A stretch of 32,000 bases of DNA from Pyrodictium abyssi. GTDB taxonomy: Archaea; Thermoproteota; Thermoprotei_A; Sulfolobales; Pyrodictiaceae. The stretch is taken from the NCBI RefSeq assembly GCF_036323395.1, contig NZ_AP028907.1:1440001-1472000 (forward strand), written 5' to 3'. Shown here one piece after another: positions 31,906-32,000 of this stretch. The notes below the pieces were generated by a model. The model worked only from the letters and a program-made list of their open reading frames with translations. It was not told the origin of the DNA and ran no database searches. A program made the position numbers and the translations under genes. Numbering within the stretch: position 1 is the stretch's first letter; each line of letters begins with the position of its first letter.

Positions 31906-32000
31906 ATTCTATCGCGTGTACGGGCGAGAGGGAGTGTACGTGTGCGCCAAGCTGTCTAGCTAGGAGAGATAGCGAGTAGAGTAGCAGCGGTACTACGCCC

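Noticed and set aside
31148-32000. CRISPR leader/array, ORB-type origin boxes, C/D sRNAs (e.g. 'AATGATGA' at 31762-69) or the 5' end of a 16S rRNA gene in the AT-rich region
   Set aside because: There are no spaced direct repeats and no TCCA-N-GGAAA ORB consensus. The C-box-like word has no CUGA at guide distance downstream, and no 'ATTCCGGTTGATCC' 16S start appears before the window ends.

Overview
This is a gene-dense window of roughly 90% coding sequence. It reads as core chromosome of a hyperthermophilic crenarchaeote. The markers are Cren7 chromatin protein, ThyX, a B12-type class II ribonucleotide reductase, archaeal dUTPase, ribosomal protein L35Ae, mevalonate kinase, ValRS, glutamate dehydrogenase and inorganic pyrophosphatase. 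GTG and TTG starts are frequent, TATA-like boxes sit 25-60 nt upstream of starts, and some genes end in oligo-T runs. I found no rRNA, tRNA, CRISPR array, transposase or integrase, and most genes are housekeeping.

The least ordinary part is 13.5-18 kb. It begins with a stand-alone minimal GGDEF/Cas10-palm-like protein. A co-directional minus-strand block follows: DUF89 protein, small radical-SAM enzyme, Cys-rich 131-aa protein, a 425-nt non-coding gap with candidate sRNAs, then a TGT-superfamily paralog. That paralog has no cysteines, so it lacks the Zn site, and it looks more like the DNA transglycosylase DpdA than like ArcTGT. The two non-coding gaps in this block share a 22-23 nt element. 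QueD and FolE, which make 7-deazaguanine precursors, lie elsewhere in the window.

Other notable items:
- A head-to-head pair of SPOUT paralogs with abutting start codons.
- A MutS-domain-V/HhH ATPase.
- A KaiC-like ATPase with a small downstream partner.
- A very GC-rich ORF-free stretch after valS.
- An ~850-nt AT-rich ORF-free stretch at the right edge.

All functional calls come from motif recognition by eye. Nothing was checked against a database.
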